Positions 51,795 through 62,759 of a stretch of DNA of 64,000 nt are shown here, piece after piece. The DNA is taken from contig CAWIHK010000005.1 in assembly GCA_963835935.1 (NCBI GenBank), positions 186,467 to 250,466 of the forward strand. Reading direction: 5' to 3'. Source of the DNA: Ignavibacteriota bacterium. GTDB taxonomy: Bacteria > Bacteroidota > Ignavibacteria > UBA10030 > CAVZMI01. Below the pieces are notes generated by a model, which was not told the DNA's origin, searched no databases, and saw nothing but the letters and a program-made list of their open reading frames with translations. The stretch's first letter is position 1, and every line of letters begins with the position of its first letter. The position numbers were made by a program, and so were the translations under genes.

Positions 51795-52964
51795 TTAACG
51801 GCTGACATTCCATATCGGCTTTTGCTTTTTTAATATTGCTTTCAGAGAACCGAAAAACAATGCGTAATTCATCGCAAGAAAATAATATGGATATTTGAGA
51901 CATCCAATTTTAATTTTAAAAGTATCAGCGATGAATCCAAGCAAACTGACAATAGAAATGCCTATCCATGCAACAATTGTTATCTTAAATATGCTCGATT
52001 GATTAATCAAAATCGAAGAGATGATGATTGTCAAGAGTAATAAAAATGGGATGAACCATCGTATAATTTTGTGTGACCACAAAGAAAAAGCTAAGAATCC
52101 ATATTGGGGCGTCAAAAGCGGAGCAATGCGGGATAAAATATTAAAGTTCTGGGCGCCAATCCTTACCTTCCGGCGAAATTCTCCACGCACAGAATTTTCA
52201 AAATATTCAAACGCCAACGCATTTTGTGCAAATACTGTTCTATATCCTTTTTTAAGAATTTCTATGGGAATAAAGAAATCATCAGCGATAGAAATATCTA
52301 AAGGCAAAGGAGTGAATAATAATTTTCTGATTGCATAAATTCCACCTGTAGCACCGAGTAATGAACCAGAAATACTTTCCAAGGATTTTATTAAATTTTC
52401 AAATGCCCAATAAGTATACTCACCTGTTTTCCCTGAATTATCGTTGGGAGCTAATAGCTGTAAATGTCCCGAAACCGCCCCGACTGTCGGATCATCAAAG
52501 TGCTCGACTAATTCTTTTATTGCTTGGGAATCAAATTCGGTGTTTGCATCAGAAAAGACAATAATTTCTCCATTGGCTTGAGCGACAAGATCATTAAGCA
52601 CTGCGGCTTTTCCTCGTCTGTTTTTGTACAAAAAAATAGAAACTGAATCCAACGTGGAATTTCGAAGGATATCCTCACTTCGATCCGAGGAACCGTCTAA
52701 CCCAAAAAGAATCTGTAACTTCCCGGGCGGGTACGCATAGGAACGAATGTTCTCCAGTTTGGCGCCTAATATTTTTTCTTCATTATAGACCGAGATGACC
52801 AACGATACTGTCGGTAATGGTTTATAAATGGATTCTCTGGATGGATTTCCTTTCCGAGTGATCATAAATAATATTATTGGATAGAAAACGTAGGAATGCA
52901 AAAATAGTGCTATAACAATCCAAAAAATAATATTCAGTATCATTAGCATCAAACTTCCGATCAA
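51795..52964 (-). CDS. Glycosyltransferase family 2, membrane-bound
   Basis: SVYNEE, DGSSD, FSDAN, ADDF, RKVR motifs plus TM helices. Confidence 0.92.
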   Translation of the reverse strand: MIGSLMLMILNIIFWIVIALFLHSYVFYPIILFMITRKGNPSRESIYKPLPTVSLVISVYNEEKILGAKLENIRSYAYPPGKLQILFGLDGSSDRSEDILRNSTLDSVSIFLYKNRRGKAAVLNDLVAQANGEIIVFSDANTEFDSQAIKELVEHFDDPTVGAVSGHLQLLAPNDNSGKTGEYTYWAFENLIKSLESISGSLLGATGGIYAIRKLLFTPLPLDISIADDFFIPIEILKKGYRTVFAQNALAFEYFENSVRGEFRRKVRIGAQNFNILSRIAPLLTPQYGFLAFSLWSHKIIRWFIPFLLLLTIIISSILINQSSIFKITIVAWIGISIVSLLGFIADTFKIKIGCLKYPYYFLAMNYALFFGSLKAILKKQKPIWNVSR

Positions 52965-54031
52965 AAAATATTAATATCGTTAAATATTTTATAAAATCTC
53001 TTCTCATATGTGTGATCCTTCAGAGTTCTTTCTGTCCCTGCAATCTGTATAGCATCACGCTCATCATCATGCTCAAGATAATAATGGAGGAAATCAATCA
53101 ATTCGTCCATAGAATGATACACAACAATTTCCTTTCCTAATTCATAGTAATCTTCCAATCCCTGGACGTACGGTGTAAGAAGAAACCCACCGTATCCCGG
53201 TATCTCAAAATTTCTTGCTTTGATCTGTGGACGGCGATCAAAGAAAAAAGATTGTAGTTCCCGGAGAATCTGTTTAGGATTATTCCAATGGTATGTATTA
53301 TCGCATCTGCGACGGAGAAACAATTTCACAACACGGCGAAGCTTCCAGGAATTTGAACTTTCAGAAAAATTTAAATTAATCTTGCTTTCCCTAAATATTC
53401 GAATCATATCGTTTCTGGGCAACTTCCCTTGTTTCCACCCTTTTCCCCAACATGCCACAGTAATGCCTTTATTGTAAAGGTGTCGAATGATTTTGCGCCG
53501 GTTTGAATGCGCCTGGCCGATAAAACTTACATCAAAGGAATATTGTCGTTTCTCCTCGCTATTCTTCTCGTGCTTTCTTCGATATGCCCACTGCGAAAGG
53601 ATCACGTTTGTGTAACCTAATGCTCTATATTTTTCGACTGACTCGTGGTCCGTTGTTATAATATAATGAAAAAATGAACACCATAGTTTTGAAAATGTAT
53701 TCAATCGCCAATGATCATCGGCAAACCAATTAAGTGTTATAGCATCTGTTTCCTGCCTGATTTGGTTCAGCACTTTTGGTTGAAATTCATCAGTAAATAA
53801 TGAAAAGAAACAAAGTTTTGGTCGAAATGTTTTTATCAATGAAAATAATTGTTTATTCATTTCATCCCGGCCGTATTTTCTCAGGACTTCATCAAAAGGA
53901 AACGTCTTTACCTCAAATTCCGCCATCTTTTGCAGAACTGGTAGAAAACTGCTCCACTCGTAACATTCACCCAAGGCAGGCGACCCATAGTCATTCTTCA
54001 TGCCGATATATAAAAGTCTCAATTTATCCAC
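52961..54031 (-). CDS. CgeB-like glycosyltransferase
   Basis: NWFADD, KARNFEIPGYGGFLLT, HTYEKR. Confidence 0.85.
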   Translation of the reverse strand: MDKLRLLYIGMKNDYGSPALGECYEWSSFLPVLQKMAEFEVKTFPFDEVLRKYGRDEMNKQLFSLIKTFRPKLCFFSLFTDEFQPKVLNQIRQETDAITLNWFADDHWRLNTFSKLWCSFFHYIITTDHESVEKYRALGYTNVILSQWAYRRKHEKNSEEKRQYSFDVSFIGQAHSNRRKIIRHLYNKGITVACWGKGWKQGKLPRNDMIRIFRESKINLNFSESSNSWKLRRVVKLFLRRRCDNTYHWNNPKQILRELQSFFFDRRPQIKARNFEIPGYGGFLLTPYVQGLEDYYELGKEIVVYHSMDELIDFLHYYLEHDDERDAIQIAGTERTLKDHTYEKRFYKIFNDINIF

Positions 54032-54057
54032 GAAGCCGGTTTCTTTAATAATTGGAA

Positions 54058-55251
54058 TTATTTATTCTTTATGATTTCCTGATAGAGATCTTCAAATAAT
54101 ATCGCTATTCGCTCCCAACTATAATTATCTTCGACAAATTTTCTTCCGTTTATCCCCATTTGCTTTCTTGACTGGGGATTCTTCAATAATGCATCGACAC
54201 CTTCTGCAAAACCCTCTTCAGTATCGGCAATCCACAGGTGATCAAGATGATTGACAGCTAACCCTTCACACCCTAGCGGAGTGGAGACCACTGCTTTTTG
54301 CATTGAAAACATTTCCAACAATTTCATCCTGATGCCACTCCCCGAGCGTAAAGGAACAACACAAACCCGGGCACGATTATAATACGGTCTGACATCCTCT
54401 ACCTCGCCAATGATTTGTACATTTGGATGACGTATTTTTATGATGTCGTCAGGGGGGTTACTACCGACAACTTCAATTATAACATTAGGATTACGCGCTA
54501 CAATTAACGGGACAATATTTCTATAAAACCACCAAAAGCTATCCTGATTTGGGTACCATTTCAATGCACCAATCCAAAGAACAGTTTCCTCACTACTTTC
54601 AGAGACATTATTAGATGTGAATTCTTTCAGTTCAACGCCGCTAGGAATAACTGTAGTCTTTGCATGAGGATTAAGTTGATGGAACACATCTTCATCATTT
54701 TTCGAAACAAATGCAATACGATCAAATAAACCGCAATACTTTTTCTCGTACGATCGGAGTTTTCGGATCTCGTAGTTAAAGTATGCTCTCCTCAATCGGA
54801 GAGAATCTTTTTCCTTATATGTTCCTACGTTGACCGAATCAATGCTATGTGACCGTAAAACAATTGGTATATTACTAACTTTTTTAATTGCTAGCCCATA
54901 GAATACAGAGTGTACTCCTTCAAGCTGGACAACGTCAAAATTAGAATGCAGTAACTTAAGAATCTTTTCCAGATGAATTACATTATGATAACGGCTTAAA
55001 AAATATGACGTTTCATGCATGGCTTGAAACAAAGCTCCTGCAATACTCGGAGTGTGATCATTGAATGTTATTGTCACCGGACCAAATTTTTTCATTTCAA
55101 GATAGGCTGCTTCATCATGACGATCCGTCAAGCAGGCAAAATGGACATGATGGCCTCGCGCAGAGAGATATTTTACCGGATAGTACACTCCTTTCCGGCC
55201 TCCGTCCAGAAGAGGGTACGGTAAAGTGGGTGAAACAATTAGGATACGCAT
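54058..55251 (-). CDS. Glycosyltransferase family 4
   Basis: PSGV, VVPLRSGSGIRMKLLE, STPLGCEG. Confidence 0.92.
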   Translation of the reverse strand: MRILIVSPTLPYPLLDGGRKGVYYPVKYLSARGHHVHFACLTDRHDEAAYLEMKKFGPVTITFNDHTPSIAGALFQAMHETSYFLSRYHNVIHLEKILKLLHSNFDVVQLEGVHSVFYGLAIKKVSNIPIVLRSHSIDSVNVGTYKEKDSLRLRRAYFNYEIRKLRSYEKKYCGLFDRIAFVSKNDEDVFHQLNPHAKTTVIPSGVELKEFTSNNVSESSEETVLWIGALKWYPNQDSFWWFYRNIVPLIVARNPNVIIEVVGSNPPDDIIKIRHPNVQIIGEVEDVRPYYNRARVCVVPLRSGSGIRMKLLEMFSMQKAVVSTPLGCEGLAVNHLDHLWIADTEEGFAEGVDALLKNPQSRKQMGINGRKFVEDNYSWERIAILFEDLYQEIIKNK

Positions 55252-55272
55252 TTTTACTTTCCTAAAAGGATA

Positions 55273-56232
55273 TTAATACTTAGAAACATCATAACTTTTT
55301 GCACCCGAAATCATTTTTACAAAAACAGAAAAAATAATCCATGCATTATTTAGATACTTTTTTCGCATGAATATTATTCCCAACATAGTATAGACGAATA
55401 CCCGGTTGAACAATCCTACATATGTCGCTGCTTCAATGAGGACACGATAGTTTTTATTATAATGCTTTAATAAGAAGAGCTTCCGACTTATCAATACCCA
55501 TAGAACAGATCTAATTGAAGGATTTGACATACCCTCCCAATAGTGATATAGGGATGTTAATGGGTAATACCAAGTTTCAAAATCATTATTTTTTGCAAAA
55601 TAACAGTAGTCCATTTCTTCGCTATACATAAAATAACGCTCATCAAGCCCCCCGAGTACTTTTATGACATTCCGTTTTATAAGAAAATATGCCCCCATAA
55701 CCCAATCGACCTTTTGTGGTTCTATTAATGGTATTTTGATAATTTTCCTATTCGTGATATAAGATTGTCTAGGAAAAAACTTATTTAAAAATAAAGCATC
55801 CATGACCGCACCAAAAAGAGAAGGAAATCCGAAAACAGAAGATTGCCAGCTACCATCAGCATTGAGTAGTTGACAGCCTACAATACCTGCGGATGATTTT
55901 CTCTCCGCAAAATCAATTGTTTTTTTAATTGAATTCTCAAAGAATCGCGTGTCAGGATTCAATAATAGAATGTATTTACCTTTTGCATTCCGGATACCTT
56001 GATTATTCGCTACCGCAAAACCACGGTTTTCACTATTTTCAATAATTATAACTTTTGGAAATAAATATTTTATCATAGCTTGACTATCATCCGTCGAAGC
56101 GTTATCGACCACTATCGTTTCGAAATCAATTTCTTCAACAGTATCATAAATGGATTTGAGACAACCTTTCAATAATTCCCTGCTATTGTAATTTACTATA
56201 ATAATAGAAAGAGTTATTAATAGAGAATCCAT
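55273..56232 (-). CDS. Glycosyltransferase family 2
   Basis: IIIVNYN, VVDNASTD, LLNPD, YSEEMD. Confidence 0.92.
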   Translation of the reverse strand: MDSLLITLSIIIVNYNSRELLKGCLKSIYDTVEEIDFETIVVDNASTDDSQAMIKYLFPKVIIIENSENRGFAVANNQGIRNAKGKYILLLNPDTRFFENSIKKTIDFAERKSSAGIVGCQLLNADGSWQSSVFGFPSLFGAVMDALFLNKFFPRQSYITNRKIIKIPLIEPQKVDWVMGAYFLIKRNVIKVLGGLDERYFMYSEEMDYCYFAKNNDFETWYYPLTSLYHYWEGMSNPSIRSVLWVLISRKLFLLKHYNKNYRVLIEAATYVGLFNRVFVYTMLGIIFMRKKYLNNAWIIFSVFVKMISGAKSYDVSKY

Positions 56233-56579
56233 TTAATCAAAAACTCCATTAGTAATAAATATTAATTTAATTTTTCAATCGACAACTTCAAAATGATTCT
56301 ACATAATATCACAATCCGATACTTGATGGATATTTTAGTAAGTCCCTAAATTACTCATCCCGTTTCTTCAAATATAACTGCGATCCATCTTATACCAAAT
56401 TTCTTCATTCCATATTCCACTTTACCGTGTTATCTATTATGTTGTTACTCACCATTTATATTCTATTATCAAATTTCCAATCTCTCGACAATAACCGAGT
56501 GACCACTATCCGATTTGCGTTACTCAGACTGACACCGACACTTAGCCGGGCACAGAATAAGTATTTTTACGTGAAAAAT

Positions 56580-58097
56580 CTAAAATATCCTATTCTTCAA
56601 TTGAAGAATGAATTGGCGATCCAATTCGTCAAGATTGTTATGCCATGCCCATAAGAAAAATACTAATGAAAATACTCCAGCAATGAATATTTTTAAGACC
56701 AAGATCGACGTATAAAAGGACGTCGCCAATATAAAAAATGAAGTCAGCACTAGAATTAAAATATTCTTAAATCTTACCCTAAAGTATGATAATGTCAACC
56801 TCATTCCGATAAATTTATGTGTCGCCCATATTAGCAATGCTACATCGATACTAACGCGAAATGTCCAAGTCAGTGCAGCACCAATGATGCCCGCCCAAGA
56901 GATTAAAATGAGATTCATCAGCACCATCATTGGTAATTCTATAAGATGGAACTTCGCAGTTAAATCTGGACGACCGAATGCGTGGAGTACAGTAGTCGGA
57001 ATTTGTGCAATAGAATTAAAAAAAAGACCTATTGCTATAATTTGAAAAATAATAGTACCTTGTTCTGAATATTTGGTTCCCATCCATATCGATAAAATAT
57101 CCCGTGCATAAACCATGATGAGGACACTCACAGGCAGCAAAATTAGCACCATATATTTCATAGACCGTGCGTACATTTCGTGAAGCTTTGATTTATTTTC
57201 CTCAAAAATCGATTGGCCACTAAACATCGGGAATAAGACGGTAGAAAAACTGACAGGAACGATTAATAACCTTGTCAGAGCCTCTTGCGGTACGGTATAA
57301 TATGCGAGAGCAGTCAAAGATATAATTGCTCCGACCAAAATTCTATCTAAGTAAGAAAACAAAGGACTAATGATTTGGGATACAGTCAACCAACTACCAA
57401 AATGGAGCAACTGTCGTATAATTTTTTTGTCCCATATGATGATACTCTTATATATTGTCGGTAGTAATCGATGTAAAAGAAAAAAAGATGAGAATGCCGA
57501 CATGATTCGAAGAATAGCAGTCAGTAGTAAAATCGCTCCAAGCCCCATCCCTAGTTTCACTAATAAGATAGAAACCAACCACTGAGATAAACCCATTACT
57601 CCTTGAAAAATATTCACAAGATCAAATCGTTCATATGCCATCTGAATTCCTCGAATAGTTCCGAAAGAAAGCATGAATGGGATGCTTATCGCCGCATATC
57701 TAAAAGCTCGGAGAGATTCGGCATAATAAAGAGGATTTACTTTGAATATATTCATTAGAACATATGGTGATATACCCCAGATAAAACACATACTCAGTCC
57801 CCCGAAGAGCAAGCTTAAAGATAATGCGCTCCATATAATCCTTCCTGCAAGAGACTCATCACTTCGAACAATCGCTCCCGAAAGATATTTCGTAATTGCA
57901 CGGCTAATACCGAAATCCAATAAACTGAAATAACCAACAAATGCCCACAGAAGAGAGAGTAAAGCAAATCGTTCACCTCCAAGACCATGTACAATACTTG
58001 GAAGGACTAAAAATGAAACAAGAATCAATAGTCCTTGAGTGAAAAGATTGTATCCAGTATTACGAAATAGAGACAATGATTTACTGTTCTTTAACAC
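56580..58097 (-). CDS. wzx: Polysaccharide flippase
   Basis: Many TM helices; YFSLLDFGISRA, YLDRILVG, AYYTVP; GTG start. Confidence 0.9.
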   Translation of the reverse strand: MLKNSKSLSLFRNTGYNLFTQGLLILVSFLVLPSIVHGLGGERFALLSLLWAFVGYFSLLDFGISRAITKYLSGAIVRSDESLAGRIIWSALSLSLLFGGLSMCFIWGISPYVLMNIFKVNPLYYAESLRAFRYAAISIPFMLSFGTIRGIQMAYERFDLVNIFQGVMGLSQWLVSILLVKLGMGLGAILLLTAILRIMSAFSSFFLLHRLLPTIYKSIIIWDKKIIRQLLHFGSWLTVSQIISPLFSYLDRILVGAIISLTALAYYTVPQEALTRLLIVPVSFSTVLFPMFSGQSIFEENKSKLHEMYARSMKYMVLILLPVSVLIMVYARDILSIWMGTKYSEQGTIIFQIIAIGLFFNSIAQIPTTVLHAFGRPDLTAKFHLIELPMMVLMNLILISWAGIIGAALTWTFRVSIDVALLIWATHKFIGMRLTLSYFRVRFKNILILVLTSFFILATSFYTSILVLKIFIAGVFSLVFFLWAWHNNLDELDRQFILQLKNRIF

Positions 58098-58099
58098 TC

Positions 58100-58312
58100 T
58101 TACACTTCCTTTGACGATAGCTTAATAATTCTCCTCATGAATTTCCATTCAGTCCTTTTTATCGCAGAAAAAAATCTCGTATATGCGAAACCATTCTCAT
58201 AGAAAAGATCAGAATATCCATTCGTAATGAAAATATCGATCGATGGCCGCTTTTGCCTGTCCCATTCTATTTCTTTCGCATCAGGATTATTGAAAACATT
58301 TTGCTTTTTCAT
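58100..58312 (-). other. 70-aa ORF, possible glycosyltransferase deletion remnant
   Basis: Coupled to neighbours (overlaps wzy stop); PSIDIFIT resembles a GT2 N-terminal strand but nothing else of the fold follows. Confidence 0.35.
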
Positions 58313-59763
58313 TTCTCAGCGTGTTTGGGAACAACTTGAAGTCTCAAGATGTTCATTAATAGTCCAATATAAAGAATTGTGAGAGCAAACAACTCATGAT
58401 CTACTGTTAATACCCAGAAGTTGCTGCCAATGACACAAATTAACAAACACCCAAAAAGACCGACTGCGGGAATATAAAGCTCGGAGTCCTCGGCAGAACG
58501 AAGACTTTTTATTCCTAATTTTACAGCGATAACCATGTACGCAATCAGGGCGATTCCAGCGATTGTGCCAGCCTCTGCAAATATTTGAAGATATTGATTA
58601 TCGACATACCCAACTCCTTCTCCGGGTTTTCCGAGTTTCAGAGTGAAGTAATCGGCAAAACGTACATTCCCGATACCATAACCGAAGATTGGATGGCTCA
58701 AGTATATCTCAATTCCTTTTCGCCATGCGTTTAGACGCATTAACAAGGAGAGATCGGTTGTCGAATATGCACCGGTGGTTGTTCCAAATCTAGATGCTCC
58801 TTGTAATGCTCCCAAGAAAAATTTACTATCGACAAGACCGAATACATTAGTCTGAACGATGATGAAAATCAAGCTAATGATTATCCCAGAAATGGCCAAC
58901 GACTTTCGGAAAGAACCGCGTTTCTGTAAAAAAAACAAAATAGCCATCACTATTAAAAAAGCTCCAATCCACGTTCTTGTTTGGCTAACTAGCAAAGCCA
59001 AACAGGCGATAGGGATAGTAACTATTGACAACATTTTTACATAGTAATGGCTTTTATACCACAGAGCACTTATCGAAAGAACTATCGTTGAGGCTAGGAA
59101 TGCGCCTTCATTACCACCATGCCATCCGAATACCCTTGTTGATTCTCTTAAAATAATGACGTTGTTTATATATTGTCCAATTGCTATGCAAGAAGCAATC
59201 AGTCCTCCGAAAATCAAACTTATGAATACCTGTGTGATCCGCTTTTCAGTTTTACATGAATAGATAACAACTATTAAAAAAAACAAAAATAGCTCTATAA
59301 AACGGACTACTTGCTTGATTCCTACAACTAAATAGGGCGCCCTAAACAACGAAAGTGATGCCGGTATAATAATGGCTAGAGAGAGAATGAGAAATTTTTT
59401 CGGGAATTCGATTCTTTCCCTCAAAAGAATAATTCGGCCGGACCACACGATAAAAATAATGATCAAAACAACTTCAGAAAGGAGAAGCGACGATCCCGTT
59501 TCAACGAGCATGTACGGATTAAATAGAACGATAGGGATATAAAGAAAAGCAGCTTCAAAATTAAAAAATGCGGTCACAATGACAACTGCACAAAAGATGG
59601 TAAAAAAATAGAAAAAAATCCATTCTTGCACGACGCACAGTAAATATGATGTGACAAGAAAGGCTACCACAAGATAAATTTTAATTGGAATTTTCTGAAG
59701 ATGATACGAATTCGCTTCGACTGTTTGATATGCGACACGATTTTTTTTATTGAATATCATCAA
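58309..59763 (-). CDS. O-antigen ligase/polymerase (Wzy_C) family protein
   Basis: Polytopic; SQTRTWI, R..AW..G...Y..HPIFGYGIGN, DNQYLQ..AEAG. Confidence 0.88.
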   Translation of the reverse strand: MMIFNKKNRVAYQTVEANSYHLQKIPIKIYLVVAFLVTSYLLCVVQEWIFFYFFTIFCAVVIVTAFFNFEAAFLYIPIVLFNPYMLVETGSSLLLSEVVLIIIFIVWSGRIILLRERIEFPKKFLILSLAIIIPASLSLFRAPYLVVGIKQVVRFIELFLFFLIVVIYSCKTEKRITQVFISLIFGGLIASCIAIGQYINNVIILRESTRVFGWHGGNEGAFLASTIVLSISALWYKSHYYVKMLSIVTIPIACLALLVSQTRTWIGAFLIVMAILFFLQKRGSFRKSLAISGIIISLIFIIVQTNVFGLVDSKFFLGALQGASRFGTTTGAYSTTDLSLLMRLNAWRKGIEIYLSHPIFGYGIGNVRFADYFTLKLGKPGEGVGYVDNQYLQIFAEAGTIAGIALIAYMVIAVKLGIKSLRSAEDSELYIPAVGLFGCLLICVIGSNFWVLTVDHELFALTILYIGLLMNILRLQVVPKHAEK

Positions 59764-61061
59764 TTTTTATCTGTTTTCATCCTCAGTTTCAGGGCTTTGA
59801 ATAAAAAACCTTCAGTACGAATAACATCCGACAAACTTAATAATGAACTATAAAAAAAAGTGTTGATTTCTTTTTCGTTTATCCAAAAATCATAGAAGAA
59901 CGCAAACGTAAAAGCCGCCGAACCGCCAATAAGTATTCCACCGAGAATGATGAATAATCTCGATGGACTTGATCTATGTTCAGATGGTTTTGCAGGGTCA
60001 AACAAGAAAACGGAAGGAACCTTCTGTTCTTCTATCATCTGTGCTTGCTTGTATATCGATGTTATAAAATACAACAATGTGTCCTGGAGTTCGATATTGT
60101 TAATCCACCTCATATAATCTTGTTCAATACCAGGTACCTTTTTGAACGGCGGAAATACGTTTATGACGTCCATTGAAGCGTTCGTTCCTACTACGATCGT
60201 ATGAAGCTTATTTTTAAGTTCCGAGATCTCGAGTTCAATCGCCTTCAAAGCAGGATCATCTGGCTGAGTTGTTCTTTTTAATACATTGGCCTGTACCTCT
60301 TTCATTGCAAGCTGACTGGCAAGATCTGCGGAAGTGGTGATAAAGGATTCGATTTGTTCTGGCATTTTTATGACTGATAATTTTTCCTGGAATTTCTTTA
60401 AAGAATCGATTGCATCTGCGAGGCCCTGGAGATTGCGTTCATATCTTTGCGTGATATATTGCCGATTACCACGTGAATATTGTCCCCGCATCTCCCAATC
60501 GGTCTTGTTAATCATCTCCATGAAATAATTTGCAATATCTGCCGCACGCTGTGGATCTTTGTCGGAGACAGTGATGGAGAGATTGCCTTCCCAGTTTACT
60601 TCATAATCAACATTTTCACTCAATTTTTTAATCGTTTTTTCCATCGGATAAGATGTGATCCCATAGACCTTGCTTAAATCAAACTTCTGAACAATGGTGT
60701 AAAGGGTTGTACGACTTTTGAGAATAGATAAATATCTATCAATTTCCTCTGAACGAATCAGCCTCGTTAAGTTTTTAGAAAAAGATATGGTCTTTGATTC
60801 CATAAACGATTTCACAGGAAATGAACTGCCCTCCAACATACTTAATACATTGAGATCGTCAAAGGGAAGTACTGAGGCTGTCGACTCATAACGATTTGGT
60901 ATTAATATTGCAACAACTATCGTTGTTAGACCAGAGACTATTAGACACTGGAAAATGAATTTCCAATATCTTAACATAACCGAAATTATGTTCGGCCAAA
61001 TATCTGTCGGAGTTGTTGAGCCGGTGTCCCGTTCAACACTATCTATTAAATTTTCGTTCAT
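59760..61061 (-). CDS. Wzz/GumC-type chain-length regulator (copy 2)
   Basis: Two TM helices flanking coiled coil; FDPAKPSE...P.R. Confidence 0.85.
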   Translation of the reverse strand: MNENLIDSVERDTGSTTPTDIWPNIISVMLRYWKFIFQCLIVSGLTTIVVAILIPNRYESTASVLPFDDLNVLSMLEGSSFPVKSFMESKTISFSKNLTRLIRSEEIDRYLSILKSRTTLYTIVQKFDLSKVYGITSYPMEKTIKKLSENVDYEVNWEGNLSITVSDKDPQRAADIANYFMEMINKTDWEMRGQYSRGNRQYITQRYERNLQGLADAIDSLKKFQEKLSVIKMPEQIESFITTSADLASQLAMKEVQANVLKRTTQPDDPALKAIELEISELKNKLHTIVVGTNASMDVINVFPPFKKVPGIEQDYMRWINNIELQDTLLYFITSIYKQAQMIEEQKVPSVFLFDPAKPSEHRSSPSRLFIILGGILIGGSAAFTFAFFYDFWINEKEINTFFYSSLLSLSDVIRTEGFLFKALKLRMKTDKN

Positions 61062-61064
61062 TTC

Positions 61065-61387
61065 CTATTTAGCATCTTCGAAAATTGTCTGAAAAAGAAT
61101 TGATATAAAAAGCAGGTTCCTAGTTACCTGGAACCATGCTATATCTCCCTTCTGCAATCCTTCTGTGACCAATTTCGTGGCAACACGACCCAGTCCGAGA
61201 TCGAAGGTCGTGAAATATGCAAGCAATCTCCGTGAGAGAAAGATACGATTCTAAAACCGTCGACACAAAATTCTTTAATAATAAATGGAATAGAGATACA
61301 CCCCACGATGGGTTGAATGAATTGACTTGCAAATTTAAAAAAAACATTGCAGCCAATGTGTCTATGAGAAGACGTGGAAATATTCAT
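61065..61387 (-). pseudogene. Degenerate N-terminal fragment of a second flippase
   Basis: Two frames give ISIPFIIKEFCVDGFRIVS and AYFTTFDLGLGRVATKLV, colinear with LVLPSIVHGLGGERFALLS and GYFSLLDFGISRAITKYL of the intact wzx. Confidence 0.65.
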
Positions 61388-61499
61388 TTGTCATATAAAA
61401 AAGGGAACCCGGGATTTTGTTCTATTCCTAAAAAACTGACTAATATATTTGAATTATAAAATATGATTTCAATTCTTTTTATAGAACTGATGTTATAAA

Positions 61500-62741
61500 T
61501 CATCTTTTTTTCCTTAAAAAAAATCTTCTTACATCTTTCATGACGGCTTCCTGAAAATAAACATACTTTTCAGGATAGGATGCTTTGAATCGGTTGAAAA
61601 GTTCCTTTGTGAAAATATAAAGAAAACCAATTCCGAATGAACCGATAAATCCAGCCAAAGCATAAATGGTTCCATGTGGCTTGGATTTCCTTTCTGCAGG
61701 GCCTGCCTTGTCGAGTACAAGTACCGAAGGTGTATTTCTGATTTCTTCGATCTTTGCCTGTTCATAGAGCGGTTGGATAAACTCAAGTATTTTATATTGT
61801 ATCTCTAAATTTCTGTAAATCTTCAGATATTCATTACCCAACTCGGGAGCGTCTTTGAATGGGATCAGGAGTTTCATTTCATTTTGGGATGCATCTGTCC
61901 CATAATTCAATTGATTTATTTTTCTACGCATCTCATCAATTTCCACATGGGCGTTTGTCGTCATGGGATGATCCACACCGAGTGTTTGCTTCATCACATT
62001 ATATTCGATTTCTTTCTTGTATAGATCAAGCTCGATACTTGCCATTGTCTTGACGGTAGCCTCTAGCTGTTGGGTAACTGCGATGACGCCATATTTTTTC
62101 TGAAAAAGTTTCATATCCGATTCTAGCTTATTGATGTCGTCGATATTTTGAAGATACCTCTTCTCCACGAATTCCCTGTTTGCCTTTGCATTTGTTATGC
62201 TGAGACTTGTGTTCATTTCATTTAATCTATCAACCATATAGTTCGCAATATCTGCGGCTTTCTTGGGGTCTTGATCATAGACAGTGATGGTCAAATTCCC
62301 CTCATCTTGGACATCCAGCTCAAGATTTGATTCCCATTCTTTGACTACGTACTCGTAATAGTCATTTTCTCTACCATATTCTTTTCGAAGCTCAAATTTT
62401 TTGATCACGTCATCGGTCATAGTGCCACTCTTCAGGATAGCAAGATATTTATCCGATTCTGAATTTTTACCTGTCAATGCGGCCAATCCCTTACTTGCGG
62501 AAAATCCTCTCGCTAGATTCGAAATACCGGAAATAGTAGAAAGAAGATCGTTTTTTTCAGCGGGAAAAACTGATGTAATAGATTTATACCATCGTGGAGC
62601 AAGGAGAGCGTAGATAGAGGTTGCTACTGTGATTATAAATACAAACAAAAATAAAAATCGTCTATACTTTACTGTAATCGTGAGAAATTCAATAAACATG
62701 CTTCCGACTACTTCTTTTGAATCCTGTGACTGTTCTGTCAT
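61500..62741 (-). CDS. Wzz/GumC-type chain-length regulator (copy 1)
   Basis: Two TM helices, coiled coil, VLDKAGPAE..SKP. Confidence 0.88.
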   Translation of the reverse strand: MTEQSQDSKEVVGSMFIEFLTITVKYRRFLFLFVFIITVATSIYALLAPRWYKSITSVFPAEKNDLLSTISGISNLARGFSASKGLAALTGKNSESDKYLAILKSGTMTDDVIKKFELRKEYGRENDYYEYVVKEWESNLELDVQDEGNLTITVYDQDPKKAADIANYMVDRLNEMNTSLSITNAKANREFVEKRYLQNIDDINKLESDMKLFQKKYGVIAVTQQLEATVKTMASIELDLYKKEIEYNVMKQTLGVDHPMTTNAHVEIDEMRRKINQLNYGTDASQNEMKLLIPFKDAPELGNEYLKIYRNLEIQYKILEFIQPLYEQAKIEEIRNTPSVLVLDKAGPAERKSKPHGTIYALAGFIGSFGIGFLYIFTKELFNRFKASYPEKYVYFQEAVMKDVRRFFLRKKR

Positions 62742-62759
62742 TATAATTTCCTACCGTAT

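Noticed and set aside
56233-56579. Possible glycosyltransferase remnant (KILILCP) between wzx and GT2
   Set aside because: Too short and interrupted to support.
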